From contig ONFP01000005.1 in the NCBI GenBank assembly GCA_900317105.1, positions 286 through 64,285 on the forward strand: a DNA stretch of 64,000 bases. Reading direction: 5' to 3'. Position numbers and translations under genes: made by a program. How positions within the stretch are numbered: position 1 is the first letter of the stretch; each line of letters starts with the position of its first letter. The stretch comes from an uncultured Succinatimonas sp. Its GTDB lineage: Bacteria > Pseudomonadota > Gammaproteobacteria > Enterobacterales > Succinivibrionaceae. Below are positions 1 through 10,385 of the stretch, one piece after another. Under the pieces are notes generated by a model. It did no database searches. It was not told the DNA's origin and saw nothing but the letters and a program-made list of their open reading frames with translations.

Positions 1-13
1 TCCGATGTGTGCC

Positions 14-41
14 ATTATAAGGGATTATTTTTTTATGTCAA
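14..41 (-). promoter_or_regulatory. Consensus sigma70 promoter of stable-RNA type, firing leftward out of the window
   Basis: Minus strand reads TTGACA (41-36), 16 nt, TATAAT (19-14), then GGCACAC. There is an upstream A-tract. Same design as the tRNA-Pro promoters at 20.1 and 20.7 kb. Confidence 0.7.
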
Positions 42-275
42 CAAAATATTTCAATTTTTTTTGTCTTTTTTTATTTTTAACGTATTGTTATTAAACATTA
101 TTTGTATTTTTTAGCTTTATAAACGGCATAAAAATCAGCTGTGTATAATATGCTATTCTTTTACATGCAGATTAAAATATGTTTATTCTATTAGTCGACA
201 TACATAAACGTTTTTCCCTCTTTTTCTAGTCCCTGTTTTTTTCTTTTGGTACAATTCTTCTGTAAGGAGAATTCT

Positions 276-1856
276 ATGCCACATTTCAATGATGAGTCTT
301 TACTTGACAGTTATGATCAAAGACCATCTACATCAAACGTTTCTTTAAGCGATTCCTACTCAGAAGACAGACCTTCTGATGGTTCCTGGAGTGTTTCTGA
401 GTTTCTAAAACAGACCGATTCCTTTTTTAAAACCTTAGGTCCCTTTGTTATATACGGAGAGATTTCTGAGATAAAAAACTACAATCACATTTACTTTAAG
501 CTCAAGGATTCCACTGACGGGGCTACTCTAGACTGTGTTATGTGGCAAAGCTACAGTCATAGACTTAATTTTGAGCCTAAATCAGGAGATAAGGTCGAAC
601 TAAGCGGAAATATCAGTCTTTTTACCAAAAACGGTCAGTTTAAATTTATAGCTCATTCCATGAGAAAACTTGGAATTGGTTCGATTATGGAGAAATTAAA
701 TGAGCTTAAAAGAAAACTGGATTCTCAGGGGTATTTTTCAAGACAGAAAAAGACTATTCCTCAGTTTGTGAATACAGTCGGAATAGTTACATCTGCGGAC
801 GGAAGAGCAGTTGGAGATATTATCAAGACCATTGAACATAGAAATCCTCTGATTAACATTATTATCTATCCATCTCTGGTTCAGGGGGCAAATGCACCTC
901 AGTCTCTGATAAGTGCTCTAAATCTTGCTATTGAACATAATAAATGCGATGTAATCATTATCGGCCGAGGAGGAGGCTCATTTGAAGATCTTCTGGCTTT
1001 TTTTGATGAGGAGCTGGTAAAGGCTGTTGCAGACTGTCCAATTCCTATTATCTCTGCAGTTGGCCATGAGGCGGATTATGCCTTTACCGATTTTGCCGCT
1101 GATATGAGAGCGGCAACTCCTACCAGAGCTGCTGAATTTGTTTCATCTGTTCTGAAATCTGATCTTTATTATGCGGTTGAACAGTATGTAAAAAGACTTA
1201 CAGACGCAATCTACAGAATATATGATTATGAGAGTATGAATCTTGATCATCTGTGCAGCAGACTTAAGAACTCTTCTCCTGAACTATATGTTGAGAATAT
1301 CTCAAAACAGGTTGATCTTCTTGTTAACAGAATGGAAGGATCTTGTTTAGACAGATTAACGGACTATGAACGTCGCTTAAATACTCTAAAAAACCGTATT
1401 TCAGTTTTTGAGCCTTTATTTTATATCGAGCAGGAAGTATCAAAGGTAAAAAACTGTATGTTCAGACTTAATTCTGCGCTTGATCGGGATTTAACTCTAG
1501 TTAGTGATCGTCTGAATTATGAGAACAGACTGTTTTCTTTGAACAATTTGATTGATAAGAGACTAGGAGCTTTAAATGATCGACTAAAGTCTCTTGTTAA
1601 CAGGGCAAATCAGTCAAATACTGATGACAACCTTAACAATCTGAATCAGAACTTTATAAGAACGATTACAAAGCTGTCTTCTTTAAATCCTCTGTACATT
1701 CTAAACAGGGGATACTCAATAACTTTTGATGAAAATGAGCATGTGGTTAACACTGCGTCTTTAAAAAAAGGCGATGTTATTACTACAATGCTTTGTGACG
1801 GCAGAGTAAAATCAGAGGTAATTGATATTCAGAAAAAAGAAAAGGACTCTCAATAA
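276..1856 (+). CDS. xseA: Exodeoxyribonuclease VII large subunit
   Basis: OB-fold N-terminus (GEISEIK..HIYFKLKD) and catalytic-domain motifs GRGGGSFEDL and SAVGHEAD. ATG at 276 follows RBS AAGGAGA; the ORF track starts at 246. Confidence 0.95.
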   Translation: MPHFNDESLLDSYDQRPSTSNVSLSDSYSEDRPSDGSWSVSEFLKQTDSFFKTLGPFVIYGEISEIKNYNHIYFKLKDSTDGATLDCVMWQSYSHRLNFEPKSGDKVELSGNISLFTKNGQFKFIAHSMRKLGIGSIMEKLNELKRKLDSQGYFSRQKKTIPQFVNTVGIVTSADGRAVGDIIKTIEHRNPLINIIIYPSLVQGANAPQSLISALNLAIEHNKCDVIIIGRGGGSFEDLLAFFDEELVKAVADCPIPIISAVGHEADYAFTDFAADMRAATPTRAAEFVSSVLKSDLYYAVEQYVKRLTDAIYRIYDYESMNLDHLCSRLKNSSPELYVENISKQVDLLVNRMEGSCLDRLTDYERRLNTLKNRISVFEPLFYIEQEVSKVKNCMFRLNSALDRDLTLVSDRLNYENRLFSLNNLIDKRLGALNDRLKSLVNRANQSNTDDNLNNLNQNFIRTITKLSSLNPLYILNRGYSITFDENEHVVNTASLKKGDVITTMLCDGRVKSEVIDIQKKEKDSQ

Positions 1857-2663
1857 ATGAGTTTATTTGTTAAATTTTTCCTGCTGTTGAGCCTCTGTAT
1901 TTCAGGAGTTCAGGCCAGTACACTTCCTCCAAAGCAGGATAGGCCTGATTCAAAGGATATCATTTTTGATACCTCTACTTATGAAGATGTAATTGATATG
2001 TCTTATACCACATCAACATTCCATCTTCCTGCTCTTTGCAAGGATGCTGCATATGCTAAAAGCTGCAGTTTCTTTGAAAATTATTATGTAAGTAAATTTG
2101 AGCACGATTATATTGGCTACATCACTGATAACCTGAATTTTGATGATGAAAGCGACGATTTGTTTATCCAGAGAGACATTGCCTATCAGGACGTAACCTT
2201 TGATTTTCGTGTGATAAAAGAACTAGGTTTTATGTGTGCAATTGTGCTTGTAAAACAGGAGTTTTTAGATCAGAAAGCAACTCTGACTGATGTATATAAC
2301 TTTAATCTTGAGACTAAGAAGTTTGTTCATTTTGAGGATCTGTTTGAAGATCCTTCTCTTGCAGCTATGACCTGCTCCAATCTTGTATTCGATAAATTCA
2401 AGGAATACGGTTATAAGAACCTTTATCTGATTAAAGCTCAAATAGAAGTCGATCCAAGAAATTTTGTCCTGCTGCCAGACGGTATTGAATTTATCTTTAC
2501 GAAGGGAACAGTTGCTCCTAACGAAGTAAACTCAAGACTGTTTATCTCTGTAGATGACCTAATTACAGCTAGACCAAAGAAAGAATGGTTCCCATCTATG
2601 AAAGGTGAGGTTTTAGGCAGAAAACACGTATCTCACGGTATCAAATCCAAGCTTTTGAATTAA
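1857..2663 (+). CDS. Exported DUF3298 / RsiV-PdaC-like protein
   Basis: Signal peptide (..SGVQA). Motifs YNFNLETKKFVHFEDLF and NFVLLPDGIEFIF..VAP resemble the DUF3298 family. Confidence 0.5.
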   Translation: MSLFVKFFLLLSLCISGVQASTLPPKQDRPDSKDIIFDTSTYEDVIDMSYTTSTFHLPALCKDAAYAKSCSFFENYYVSKFEHDYIGYITDNLNFDDESDDLFIQRDIAYQDVTFDFRVIKELGFMCAIVLVKQEFLDQKATLTDVYNFNLETKKFVHFEDLFEDPSLAAMTCSNLVFDKFKEYGYKNLYLIKAQIEVDPRNFVLLPDGIEFIFTKGTVAPNEVNSRLFISVDDLITARPKKEWFPSMKGEVLGRKHVSHGIKSKLLN

Positions 2664-2803
2664 TTCCCTCATTGCATATTAGCCTTTTGTTTTTATACAA
2701 AAAATAATCCTAATCGAAAAAAAACAAAGTTTTTTGATTTTTTCGATTATCTAATGAAAACTGAGCTTCTATTGTAGGATTTTGTATATAGAAAACGGAG
2801 TAC

Positions 2804-2844
2804 AAAAAAATGGCTAGAGCATTTAGCTTTAGCCATCTTTTTTT
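2804..2844. terminator. Bidirectional intrinsic terminator
   Basis: Stem TGGCTAGAGC/GCTTTAGCCA with A-tract before and T-tract after, between convergent genes. Confidence 0.75.
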
Positions 2845-2861
2845 AGTTTAAACTCTGCTTT

Positions 2862-4145
2862 CTATGCTTCTTCAGGAAGCTTACCCTGCATTGTCTTGTT
2901 TACAATGTTTGCAACACATGAGTCAGACCATACATTCAGTGAGGTCTCAATCATATCAATTACAGCGTAAACCGGCAGAATGATTCCCATCAGAGTTACA
3001 GGAATGTTCATTGAAGAGACCAGTGACAGGGTTAGGAAATAGCATCCCATTGGTACACCTGCATTGCCAACTGCGGCAAAGGTAGCGATGAATACCCAGG
3101 CAAGCATGGTATCAAATCCAATTTCAATACCGGCATTCTGCATCAGATAAACAGAGGTTATCAGAATGAAGGCAGCACAGCCGTTCATATTAATGGTTGT
3201 GCAGATTGGCAGAACAAATCTTGAAACTCTTCTGTCTACATGCAGATTATCTTCAGCTGATGCCATGGTAACAGGCAGTGTACCTGCAGATGATTTGGAG
3301 AATAGCGCAACTGCAAGTGCAGGCAGCATTCCACGGGCAATCTTGATAGGATTAAGTCCTTTGATCAGAAGTATCAATGGCAGAATTACAAACATCTGAA
3401 TCAGGTTTGAGCTGATAACAACTCCAAAGTAGGTTGCAAGACCGCCTAAGATTATTCCTGCCTCAAGCTGAGTAACCAGCTGAGCAGTGAAAGCCATGAT
3501 GCCTAATGGCAGAATATTGATCAGCCAGTGGATCAGGATGAATAACAGTTCCTGAAATCCAGAGATTACAGAAATCAGAGCCTCCTTGTTTTTGCTCTCC
3601 TTCATTGTGGCAATTCCAAGACCAAAAGCCGCTGCAACCAGCAGAATTGAAAGTACATTACCGGCAACAAATGGCTGCAGAAGATTATTTGGAATAATGT
3701 TCTGGATGTGCTCTAGATATGACAGTGATTCATACTTGGTTACCACATCAGCAGCACTGGATGATAATGCTGCTGGTACGTTTGCAGGCTTTATAACCGC
3801 AAACAGCACAGCTCCTAAAAGGGCTGCCAGGATTGTAGTCAACAGTGTATAAAAGATGGTATGAGCAAATATGGAGCCACCTTTAGAATTCTTTGAAAGA
3901 TTTGCTAAAGTTGAGATCAGTGATACAGCAATAATTGGCACTGCAATAAAGCTGAACAGTCTTGTAAATACTGTTGCAATAAAGTCCATTACTGCATTTA
4001 TGTCTGTATTACCTGCAAAACCGATTAAGGATCCAACAATCAGTGCTCCTATGTATAAGGTTGCTGTGATTGCTCTGCCTTTTCCGCTAACTTTAGATAG
4101 GGCAGTAGCGGCTGCCGCATGAATTCTAGATGTTCTGAAAAGCAT
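2862..4145 (-). CDS. Dicarboxylate/amino acid:cation symporter (DAACS family)
   Basis: Multi-TM protein with KSSAGTLP, TTINMNG and DMIETSLNVWSD motifs. Lies 3 bp downstream of cysK. Confidence 0.9.
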   Translation of the reverse strand: MLFRTSRIHAAAATALSKVSGKGRAITATLYIGALIVGSLIGFAGNTDINAVMDFIATVFTRLFSFIAVPIIAVSLISTLANLSKNSKGGSIFAHTIFYTLLTTILAALLGAVLFAVIKPANVPAALSSSAADVVTKYESLSYLEHIQNIIPNNLLQPFVAGNVLSILLVAAAFGLGIATMKESKNKEALISVISGFQELLFILIHWLINILPLGIMAFTAQLVTQLEAGIILGGLATYFGVVISSNLIQMFVILPLILLIKGLNPIKIARGMLPALAVALFSKSSAGTLPVTMASAEDNLHVDRRVSRFVLPICTTINMNGCAAFILITSVYLMQNAGIEIGFDTMLAWVFIATFAAVGNAGVPMGCYFLTLSLVSSMNIPVTLMGIILPVYAVIDMIETSLNVWSDSCVANIVNKTMQGKLPEEA

Positions 4146-4148
4146 AGT

Positions 4149-5081
4149 TTAGTCCTGGTGATATAGAGCTGTTGATAGATATCTGTCGCCACTATCAGGA
4201 AGAATAACCACAATCAGCTTGTTTGCGTTTTCTTCCTTCTGTGCCAGCTTAATAGCTGCACTGATGGCTGCACCTGAGGATATACCAATGAAAAGACCTT
4301 CTGTCTGAGCAAGAATTCTACCGTTATCAAAGGCTTCATCATCAGTAATGTCTATTACTTCATCTACGACGGTTTTATCGTAGATCTTAGGAATAAAGCC
4401 TGCAGAAATACCCTGAATCTTATGTGGTCCGGCATTTCCTCCGTTTAACACTGGAGAAGAAGCTGCTTCTACACCATAGACCTTAATGGTGCTGTTTTTC
4501 TCTTTCAGGAATTTACCTGTGCCGCTTACCGTACCGCCAGAACCTACAGATGCAACAAATATGTCTACTTTACCGTCAGTATCATTCCAGATTTCAGGAC
4601 CAGTTGTCTCATAATGGGCCTTAACATTAGCCTCGTTTTCAAACTGCTGAGGAATAAAGGTATTGTCAGAGGCTGCTGCAAGTTCAGTTGCCTTTTCAAT
4701 CGCTCCTTTCATTCCCTTTGATCCTTCGGTTAGAACCAGTTTTGCACCGTAGGCTCTCAGAATATTACGTCTTTCAACTGACATGGTTTCAGGTAGAACC
4801 AGTGTAACATCCAGTCCAAGATTTGCACATACCAGTGCCAGACCGATACCTGTATTGCCTGATGTTGGTTCATAGATCTTTGTATCTTTGTTGATCTTGC
4901 CAGATGCCAGAGCTTCTTTAATCATGTAAAGTGCAGCTCTGTCCTTAACTGATCCTGATGGATTTAAGGCTTCAAATTTTGCAAAGATTCTGCCTTTAAG
5001 ATTGAATTTCTTCTGCAGGTTGGACAGTTCAACCAGAGGAGTATTGCCAATTAGCTCAATGGCGGACTTGTAATACTTCAT
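4149..5081 (-). CDS. cysK: Cysteine synthase A
   Basis: IGNTPLV, NPSGSVKDR (PLP lysine), EPTSGNTGIGLA, GPHKIQG, ILPDSGDRYLST. ATG at 5081 follows AAGGAAGG. Confidence 0.95.
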   Translation of the reverse strand: MKYYKSAIELIGNTPLVELSNLQKKFNLKGRIFAKFEALNPSGSVKDRAALYMIKEALASGKINKDTKIYEPTSGNTGIGLALVCANLGLDVTLVLPETMSVERRNILRAYGAKLVLTEGSKGMKGAIEKATELAAASDNTFIPQQFENEANVKAHYETTGPEIWNDTDGKVDIFVASVGSGGTVSGTGKFLKEKNSTIKVYGVEAASSPVLNGGNAGPHKIQGISAGFIPKIYDKTVVDEVIDITDDEAFDNGRILAQTEGLFIGISSGAAISAAIKLAQKEENANKLIVVILPDSGDRYLSTALYHQD

Positions 5082-5401
5082 GTTACCTTCCTTGTTAAAT
5101 CTATTCATTTATTTAATATGTAACCATATTGAGTAACATATTCAAATAGGGAATTTTTTTTACATTAATGTTTGCACTATAAAAGAGCAGAATACAGATA
5201 AATATCTTTGTAAATCAATAAGAAAAATATATCTTGGAAGAGAGCAATTTTATAAAAAAATAAATGTTTGCTTTTGGATCATATTCTTTGTAAAAAAACG
5301 TAACATAAAAGTAAAATTGGATATAATACAAATAATTACGTATGTTAAAATTTTTTTACAGTTAAGATTTCGGTGTTTAATCAGGTAGATAAAGAATACT
5401 C

Positions 5402-6322
5402 ATGCAAGATAACAACTGCTTTCCTTTGAACATGATTGAAAGGATCACGTCACATCCTGAAAATTATCGTTTACTGGAAAAAATTCCTCTGACTATAACA
5501 GGTGTAGATACTCATTTCCCTGTAGTTCTCAATGAGCCTCATCCAAATGAAAAGGTTTATTCTGTTGTCTTTTTAGATACAGAAACCACCGGTATGGATC
5601 CTGTTAAGAATAAAATCATTGAGCTGGGGATGGTTAAAGCTACTTTTTCCTTAGACAGAAAACTACTTTTGACTGTCGACAGATATTATGATGAGTTTGA
5701 GGACCCAAACGAGCCTATTCCTCCAGAAATCACAGAACTTACCCATATCACAGATGATATGGTTGCAGGCCATCACTTTGATGATGAAATGGTGGCTAGA
5801 TTTCTTACAGGAAGACCTCTTGTGGTTGCTCATAATGCTGCTTTTGACAGACCTTTCTTTGAAAAACGTTTCAAGTCTTTAACGACTCTGTCCTGGGCCT
5901 GTTCTCTTAAGGAGATCCCTTGGAAAAAACTTGGTTACTCAAGTGCCAAACTTGAATTTCTGAATATGGTTTTAGGGTATTTCTATGATGCACACAGAGC
6001 CTATGTGGATTGTCTTGCTCTTTTATGGATTATGTACAAGGTTCCTGCAGCATTCAGTGAGCTGGTAACTTCTGCCTTAAGCTGCAGCTATCGTGTGATC
6101 ATTAGAGGAAACACCTTCAAATTCAAGGATAACCTAAAGGAGAAAGGCTTCAGGTTTGATGGCGGTACGGCCAAGACCTGGTCCCGTTACTATCAGGATG
6201 AAGATGAGGCGTCCCGCGTAAAGCAGATTATCGAGGATACCTATAAAGACGGTTCAGTGGATTTTGATATCAGAATCGTCGAATATAAAGCCAAGACTCG
6301 ATACAAATTAGAAAATAACTGA
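5402..6322 (+). CDS. DEDDh 3'-5' exonuclease (DnaQ/epsilon-like)
   Basis: Intact ExoI DTETTG, ExoII HNAAFD and ExoIII HRAYVD. Confidence 0.9.
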   Translation: MQDNNCFPLNMIERITSHPENYRLLEKIPLTITGVDTHFPVVLNEPHPNEKVYSVVFLDTETTGMDPVKNKIIELGMVKATFSLDRKLLLTVDRYYDEFEDPNEPIPPEITELTHITDDMVAGHHFDDEMVARFLTGRPLVVAHNAAFDRPFFEKRFKSLTTLSWACSLKEIPWKKLGYSSAKLEFLNMVLGYFYDAHRAYVDCLALLWIMYKVPAAFSELVTSALSCSYRVIIRGNTFKFKDNLKEKGFRFDGGTAKTWSRYYQDEDEASRVKQIIEDTYKDGSVDFDIRIVEYKAKTRYKLENN

Positions 6323-6342
6323 TGTTCAATTAAGGAGTATAT

Positions 6343-6783
6343 ATGAAAGACATTGTTTCAACCGGTAAGTCCTTTTTCAAGGAATTCAGAGAGTTCGCTG
6401 TAAAGGGAAATGTCATGGATATGGCAATCGGTGTGGTAATAGGTACTGCATTCGGTAAGATTGTTTCTTCACTGGTTGCTGATATTATCATGCCTCTGGT
6501 TGGTCTTTTTGTTGGAAATATTGATCTTAAGGATCTGTCTGTAACCTTGCAGGATAAAACAGAAACTTCATCTGAAATTGTTTTAACCTACGGTGTTTTT
6601 TTACAGAATGTTCTTGATTTCCTGATCGTAGCCTTTGCAATCTTCCTGACCATTAAGGTGATCATCAACCTTAAGAATCGCATCATCAAGGAAGAGGAAA
6701 CTCCTGCTGAAGCTCCAGCAGATCCTGCTGATGTGCAGTTACTACGTGAAATCAGAGACCTTCTGAAAGACCAGAACAAATAA
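6343..6783 (+). CDS. mscL: Large-conductance mechanosensitive channel
   Basis: [45 protein letters not shown]. Confidence 0.97.
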   Translation: MKDIVSTGKSFFKEFREFAVKGNVMDMAIGVVIGTAFGKIVSSLVADIIMPLVGLFVGNIDLKDLSVTLQDKTETSSEIVLTYGVFLQNVLDFLIVAFAIFLTIKVIINLKNRIIKEEETPAEAPADPADVQLLREIRDLLKDQNK

Positions 6784-6792
6784 TCTTAAAAA

Positions 6793-6816
6793 CCAGAGGA
6801 TTTTCTGATCCTCTGG
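6793..6816 (+). terminator. Probable terminator after mscL
   Basis: Stem CCAGAGGA/TCCTCTGG with a pyrimidine-rich tail. Confidence 0.55.
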
Positions 6817-6934
6817 CTCCTTTCTTTAAATTGTCGAATAATTTTTTTCAATTTACCGTTCTTTCACTGAAATATTTTTGTAATAGGAATATAGTTAGTT
6901 ACAGGTTTTAATTTGTGTTAAGGATAGAGAATAA

Positions 6935-7618
6935 GTGATTACCAGAGATCAGTTCCTAGGTCTGGACGACAGCAAGCTTGTAAATTTCAAGGATGATCCG
7001 AAAAGAATGCTTGTCCTGTTAGGAGACAGAGATGCGGTAAAGGCTTTAGGGCCTTTATTCTCGGATGCTTATGATAATGGCTTTGAGATTAAAATTGCCT
7101 CTGCTTACAGAAGCTTTTATAAACAGTTTAAGATTTTTGATGACAAGTTTAACGGTAAACGACCTGTTTTAGACGAAAACGAAGAGCCAATGGATATATC
7201 TTCTCTGTCTGCAGAACAGAAGGTATTGGAAATTGTAAGATTTTCCGCAATTCCAGGCTTTTCCCGTCATCATTTTGGTACTGATTTTGACATTTATGCC
7301 TCAAACCTTCTGCCAGAGGGAAAACAGCTTGAACTTACTGCAAGAGAATATCAGAAGGGCAATTATTTCTACAAGTTTGATATTTATCTTAAGAATGCTC
7401 TGAATAAATTTGGTTTTGTGAGACCTTATACAGGAAAGAATTCAATGGGCTTTGAACCATGGCATATATCTTTTGAAAAGAGAGCCTGTGAATATCTGAA
7501 CGTGTTCAAACTAGAAGATGCAGTAGAGTATCTTTCTTCATTTAATGAACCCTGGGTACCGTATGCAGTAGAGTATGCAAAGACCCATTATAAAGACCTC
7601 ATAGGAGCTAAAAAATGA
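6935..7618 (+). CDS. M15-family D-Ala-D-Ala carboxypeptidase (VanY-like)
   Basis: SAYRSF..Q, PGFSRHHFGTDFDI and EPWHI zinc-peptidase motifs. Confidence 0.85.
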   Translation: MITRDQFLGLDDSKLVNFKDDPKRMLVLLGDRDAVKALGPLFSDAYDNGFEIKIASAYRSFYKQFKIFDDKFNGKRPVLDENEEPMDISSLSAEQKVLEIVRFSAIPGFSRHHFGTDFDIYASNLLPEGKQLELTAREYQKGNYFYKFDIYLKNALNKFGFVRPYTGKNSMGFEPWHISFEKRACEYLNVFKLEDAVEYLSSFNEPWVPYAVEYAKTHYKDLIGAKK

Positions 7619-8547
7619 CCCAAGATGTTTTAAATACTGTAATTATTGGTTCTGGGCCAGCCGGTTGGACTGCAGCTATTTATGCCTGTCGTTCAGGACT
7701 TTCTCCTGTTCTTGTAAGTGGTCCTGAACCTGGCGGACAGCTAACCACAACCCCTGAAATCGGAAACTGGCCAGGAAGAAAGGATGCACCTGATGGTTTT
7801 TCTCTTATGCAGTCTCTGCAGGAACATGCTGTATCTCTTGGTACAAAAATGCTATCAGATACTGTTGTAAAGGTTGATTTTAGTGGGGATATTAAAGAGT
7901 TAACCTTATCCTCAGGCGAAGTTCTAAAAAGTAAAACCGTGATAATTGCTACTGGCGCCAAAGCTAAGTATCTGGGAATTCCAAGTGAGGAAAACTATAA
8001 AGGCAGGGGAATTTCTGCCTGTGCTACCTGTGACGGTTTCTTCTTCCGAAATAAGGTTGTGGCAGTTGTTGGCGGTGGTTCTGCAGCTTTTGTTGAGGCT
8101 CTTTATCTTACCAATATGTGCAAAAAGGTTTATCTCATCCACAGGCGGGAAGGATTCAGATCTGAAAAGGTTATGGTTGATAAACTACGCTCTATGGTTG
8201 ATTCTGGCAAGGTTGAGTTTATCCTCAATGCTCAGATTACTGAGTTTAAGGGAGATGGCTCGAAGCTTACCGGAGTAGAACTGGATGTAAAGGGTGAGAA
8301 GAAAGATCTGGCTTTAGACGGTGTGTTTGTTGCAATTGGTCATGCTCCTGCAACTTCTGTTTTCGAAGGTCAGATTGAACTTGAGGAAGGTTATATCAAG
8401 ACTGGTTTCGGTACTGCAACCTCAACTTCTGCAAAAGGTGTTTTTGCTGCTGGTGACTGTACTGACAGAGTTTACAGACAGGCAATAACTTCTGCAGGTG
8501 AAGGCTGTAAGGCCGCGCTAGATGCTGAAAAATATCTATTAGGATAA
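7615..8547 (+). CDS. trxB: Thioredoxin reductase
   Basis: IIGSGPAG, redox motif CATCDG, VVGGG, VFAAGD. Confidence 0.97.
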   Translation: MTQDVLNTVIIGSGPAGWTAAIYACRSGLSPVLVSGPEPGGQLTTTPEIGNWPGRKDAPDGFSLMQSLQEHAVSLGTKMLSDTVVKVDFSGDIKELTLSSGEVLKSKTVIIATGAKAKYLGIPSEENYKGRGISACATCDGFFFRNKVVAVVGGGSAAFVEALYLTNMCKKVYLIHRREGFRSEKVMVDKLRSMVDSGKVEFILNAQITEFKGDGSKLTGVELDVKGEKKDLALDGVFVAIGHAPATSVFEGQIELEEGYIKTGFGTATSTSAKGVFAAGDCTDRVYRQAITSAGEGCKAALDAEKYLLG

Positions 8548-8550
8548 TAT

Positions 8551-9393
8551 ATGTTACAGGATATCGGGGATCATCTTTTTAAGAATGAGTTTTCTTTAAA
8601 AAGAGCCCCTAAAGATACAGATTTTGTTCTTGCCTTTAAAGACAGAGATGTTTATGTTAAGGGGGATGGAAAGAACACTCCTTTAAAGTTTCCTAGAGCT
8701 TATTCTTTTCCTAAGGACAAGCTTATTTATCTTTTCTCTATAGATGAGAATGCCTATTTTCTTTTCAACGATTCCTGTTCCTCTCTTAGTATTGAGGGCT
8801 TTGAATGGCATAAGAATACAGTTCTTCGTTCTGATAATCCACGTATAGAGTGTTTTGCCGGTTTTACTGCTTATCATCTTTACAACTGGTACATGAACAA
8901 TCGTTACTGTGGCAGATGTGGAGCTCTTACCACTCATTCAAAATCAGAGCGAGCCCTGTGTTGTCCGAATTGCGGAAATATTATCTATCCTAAGATTGCT
9001 CCTGCTGTAATTGTTGGAATTACTGATGGCGATAAAATCGTGGTTACCAGATATAAGGACAGACCTTATAGAGGTGTAGCTTTAATTGCCGGTTTCTGTG
9101 AGATTGGTGAGACTCCTGAGCAGACTGCACATAGAGAGGCAATGGAAGAGGTTGGTCTTAAGATTAAGGATTTAACTTACTGCGGTTCACAGCCTTGGGG
9201 GTTGGATAGCAATATTCTATTTGGCTTTATGGCGAAGGTCGATGGTGATACTGCGATTACTCGTGATGAAGGTGAGCTTGCGGAAGCTTTCTGGATCAGC
9301 AGAGAGAATATTGATGAGATTCAATCTACCATATCATTAACCAAAACCATGATTAGCAATTTTAAAAAATATGGTTTTGCTCTGAAGAAATAA
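8551..9393 (+). CDS. nudC: NADH pyrophosphatase
   Basis: Zn ribbon CGRCG..CPNCG, Nudix box GFCEIGETPEQTAHREAMEEVG, and SQPW. Confidence 0.93.
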   Translation: MLQDIGDHLFKNEFSLKRAPKDTDFVLAFKDRDVYVKGDGKNTPLKFPRAYSFPKDKLIYLFSIDENAYFLFNDSCSSLSIEGFEWHKNTVLRSDNPRIECFAGFTAYHLYNWYMNNRYCGRCGALTTHSKSERALCCPNCGNIIYPKIAPAVIVGITDGDKIVVTRYKDRPYRGVALIAGFCEIGETPEQTAHREAMEEVGLKIKDLTYCGSQPWGLDSNILFGFMAKVDGDTAITRDEGELAEAFWISRENIDEIQSTISLTKTMISNFKKYGFALKK

Positions 9394-9445
9394 AATGATT
9401 TCAGAAAATTAGTTCTGCTTTGGAGTAAGGCTTTAAATAAAAAAT

Positions 9446-9471
9446 AAAGCATAGGTCTGACCTATGCTTTT
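9446..9471. terminator. Bidirectional terminator
   Basis: AAAGCATAGGT-CTG-ACCTATGCTTT between convergent genes. Confidence 0.8.
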
Positions 9472-9482
9472 GGTGTAATATT

Positions 9483-10130
9483 CTAATCGTCTTCGGTTGG
9501 GTACTGCAGGAACAGTTTTCTTTCAAGACGCAGAAACTTGTAGGCTGTTTTACTTTCTTCTTCAACCTTCAGAGCATCAAATCTTCCGTATCTTACATCG
9601 GTCAGAAGCTTGATATCTGACTCTGTTAAATCTTTTAATGCCGCTGTGTACTGTCCTAGGAACTGATTTGCCAGAAGTTCATCCCAAGGATATACAGTAG
9701 AGATTGATCTTAGAATAAACATGGATAAGGTATCCAGGCAGATCAGACATTTCTTCTGCAGTAACTGTAGAAAATCCTTTGCAAGTTCTCTGTTTTCGGC
9801 GATGTTATAGAAATCCAGTGAAGGTCCGACTGCACCGTCTGTATAGGCAATTGATGCCTTTGACTGATCATCATGTATACGAATGAATTCAGGTTTGATT
9901 TCTGCCTGCTCTGAGTTCTTGAGAATAAGCTCCTTCATTTTTTCTGAACAGAGGATAAGAGGCTTTTTATTCATCATGGATAGAATGTCGGTAACATTAT
10001 CCATGCCGTTTGCCTCCTCACTATCTGGTACATATACACATAAGGTTGCAAATACTTCCTTCTCTGGAGGTCTAATAACCTTGTGTGCATCTGGAGGACA
10101 CTCTGGATGGTAGCGCTCTGGCATTGACAT
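9483..10130 (-). CDS. Hypothetical protein (215 aa)
   Basis: Long ORF with RBS AGGAG and a downstream terminator. No family recognised. Confidence 0.75.
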   Translation of the reverse strand: MSMPERYHPECPPDAHKVIRPPEKEVFATLCVYVPDSEEANGMDNVTDILSMMNKKPLILCSEKMKELILKNSEQAEIKPEFIRIHDDQSKASIAYTDGAVGPSLDFYNIAENRELAKDFLQLLQKKCLICLDTLSMFILRSISTVYPWDELLANQFLGQYTAALKDLTESDIKLLTDVRYGRFDALKVEEESKTAYKFLRLERKLFLQYPTEDD

Positions 10131-10385
10131 TTTCTGTATATCTCCTAATTTGTAATCGTATATCCTTGAAATTTTACCAAATTAATTGGTGTAGATTTTA
10201 ATCTTTGTATATTTAAATTTTCACAGCGCAAATTTTTTTCAAAGTTTTGTGTGGTAGAGTAACGGAGTGTATAAAAAATTGTTGAATTAGCTCTATTTTA
10301 TGTATTTTTCAATTCACAAATTCTATAATCTCAATTAAAATACAGTATTGCATTACATTTTAATAACTATAAAAAGGAGTTTCTT

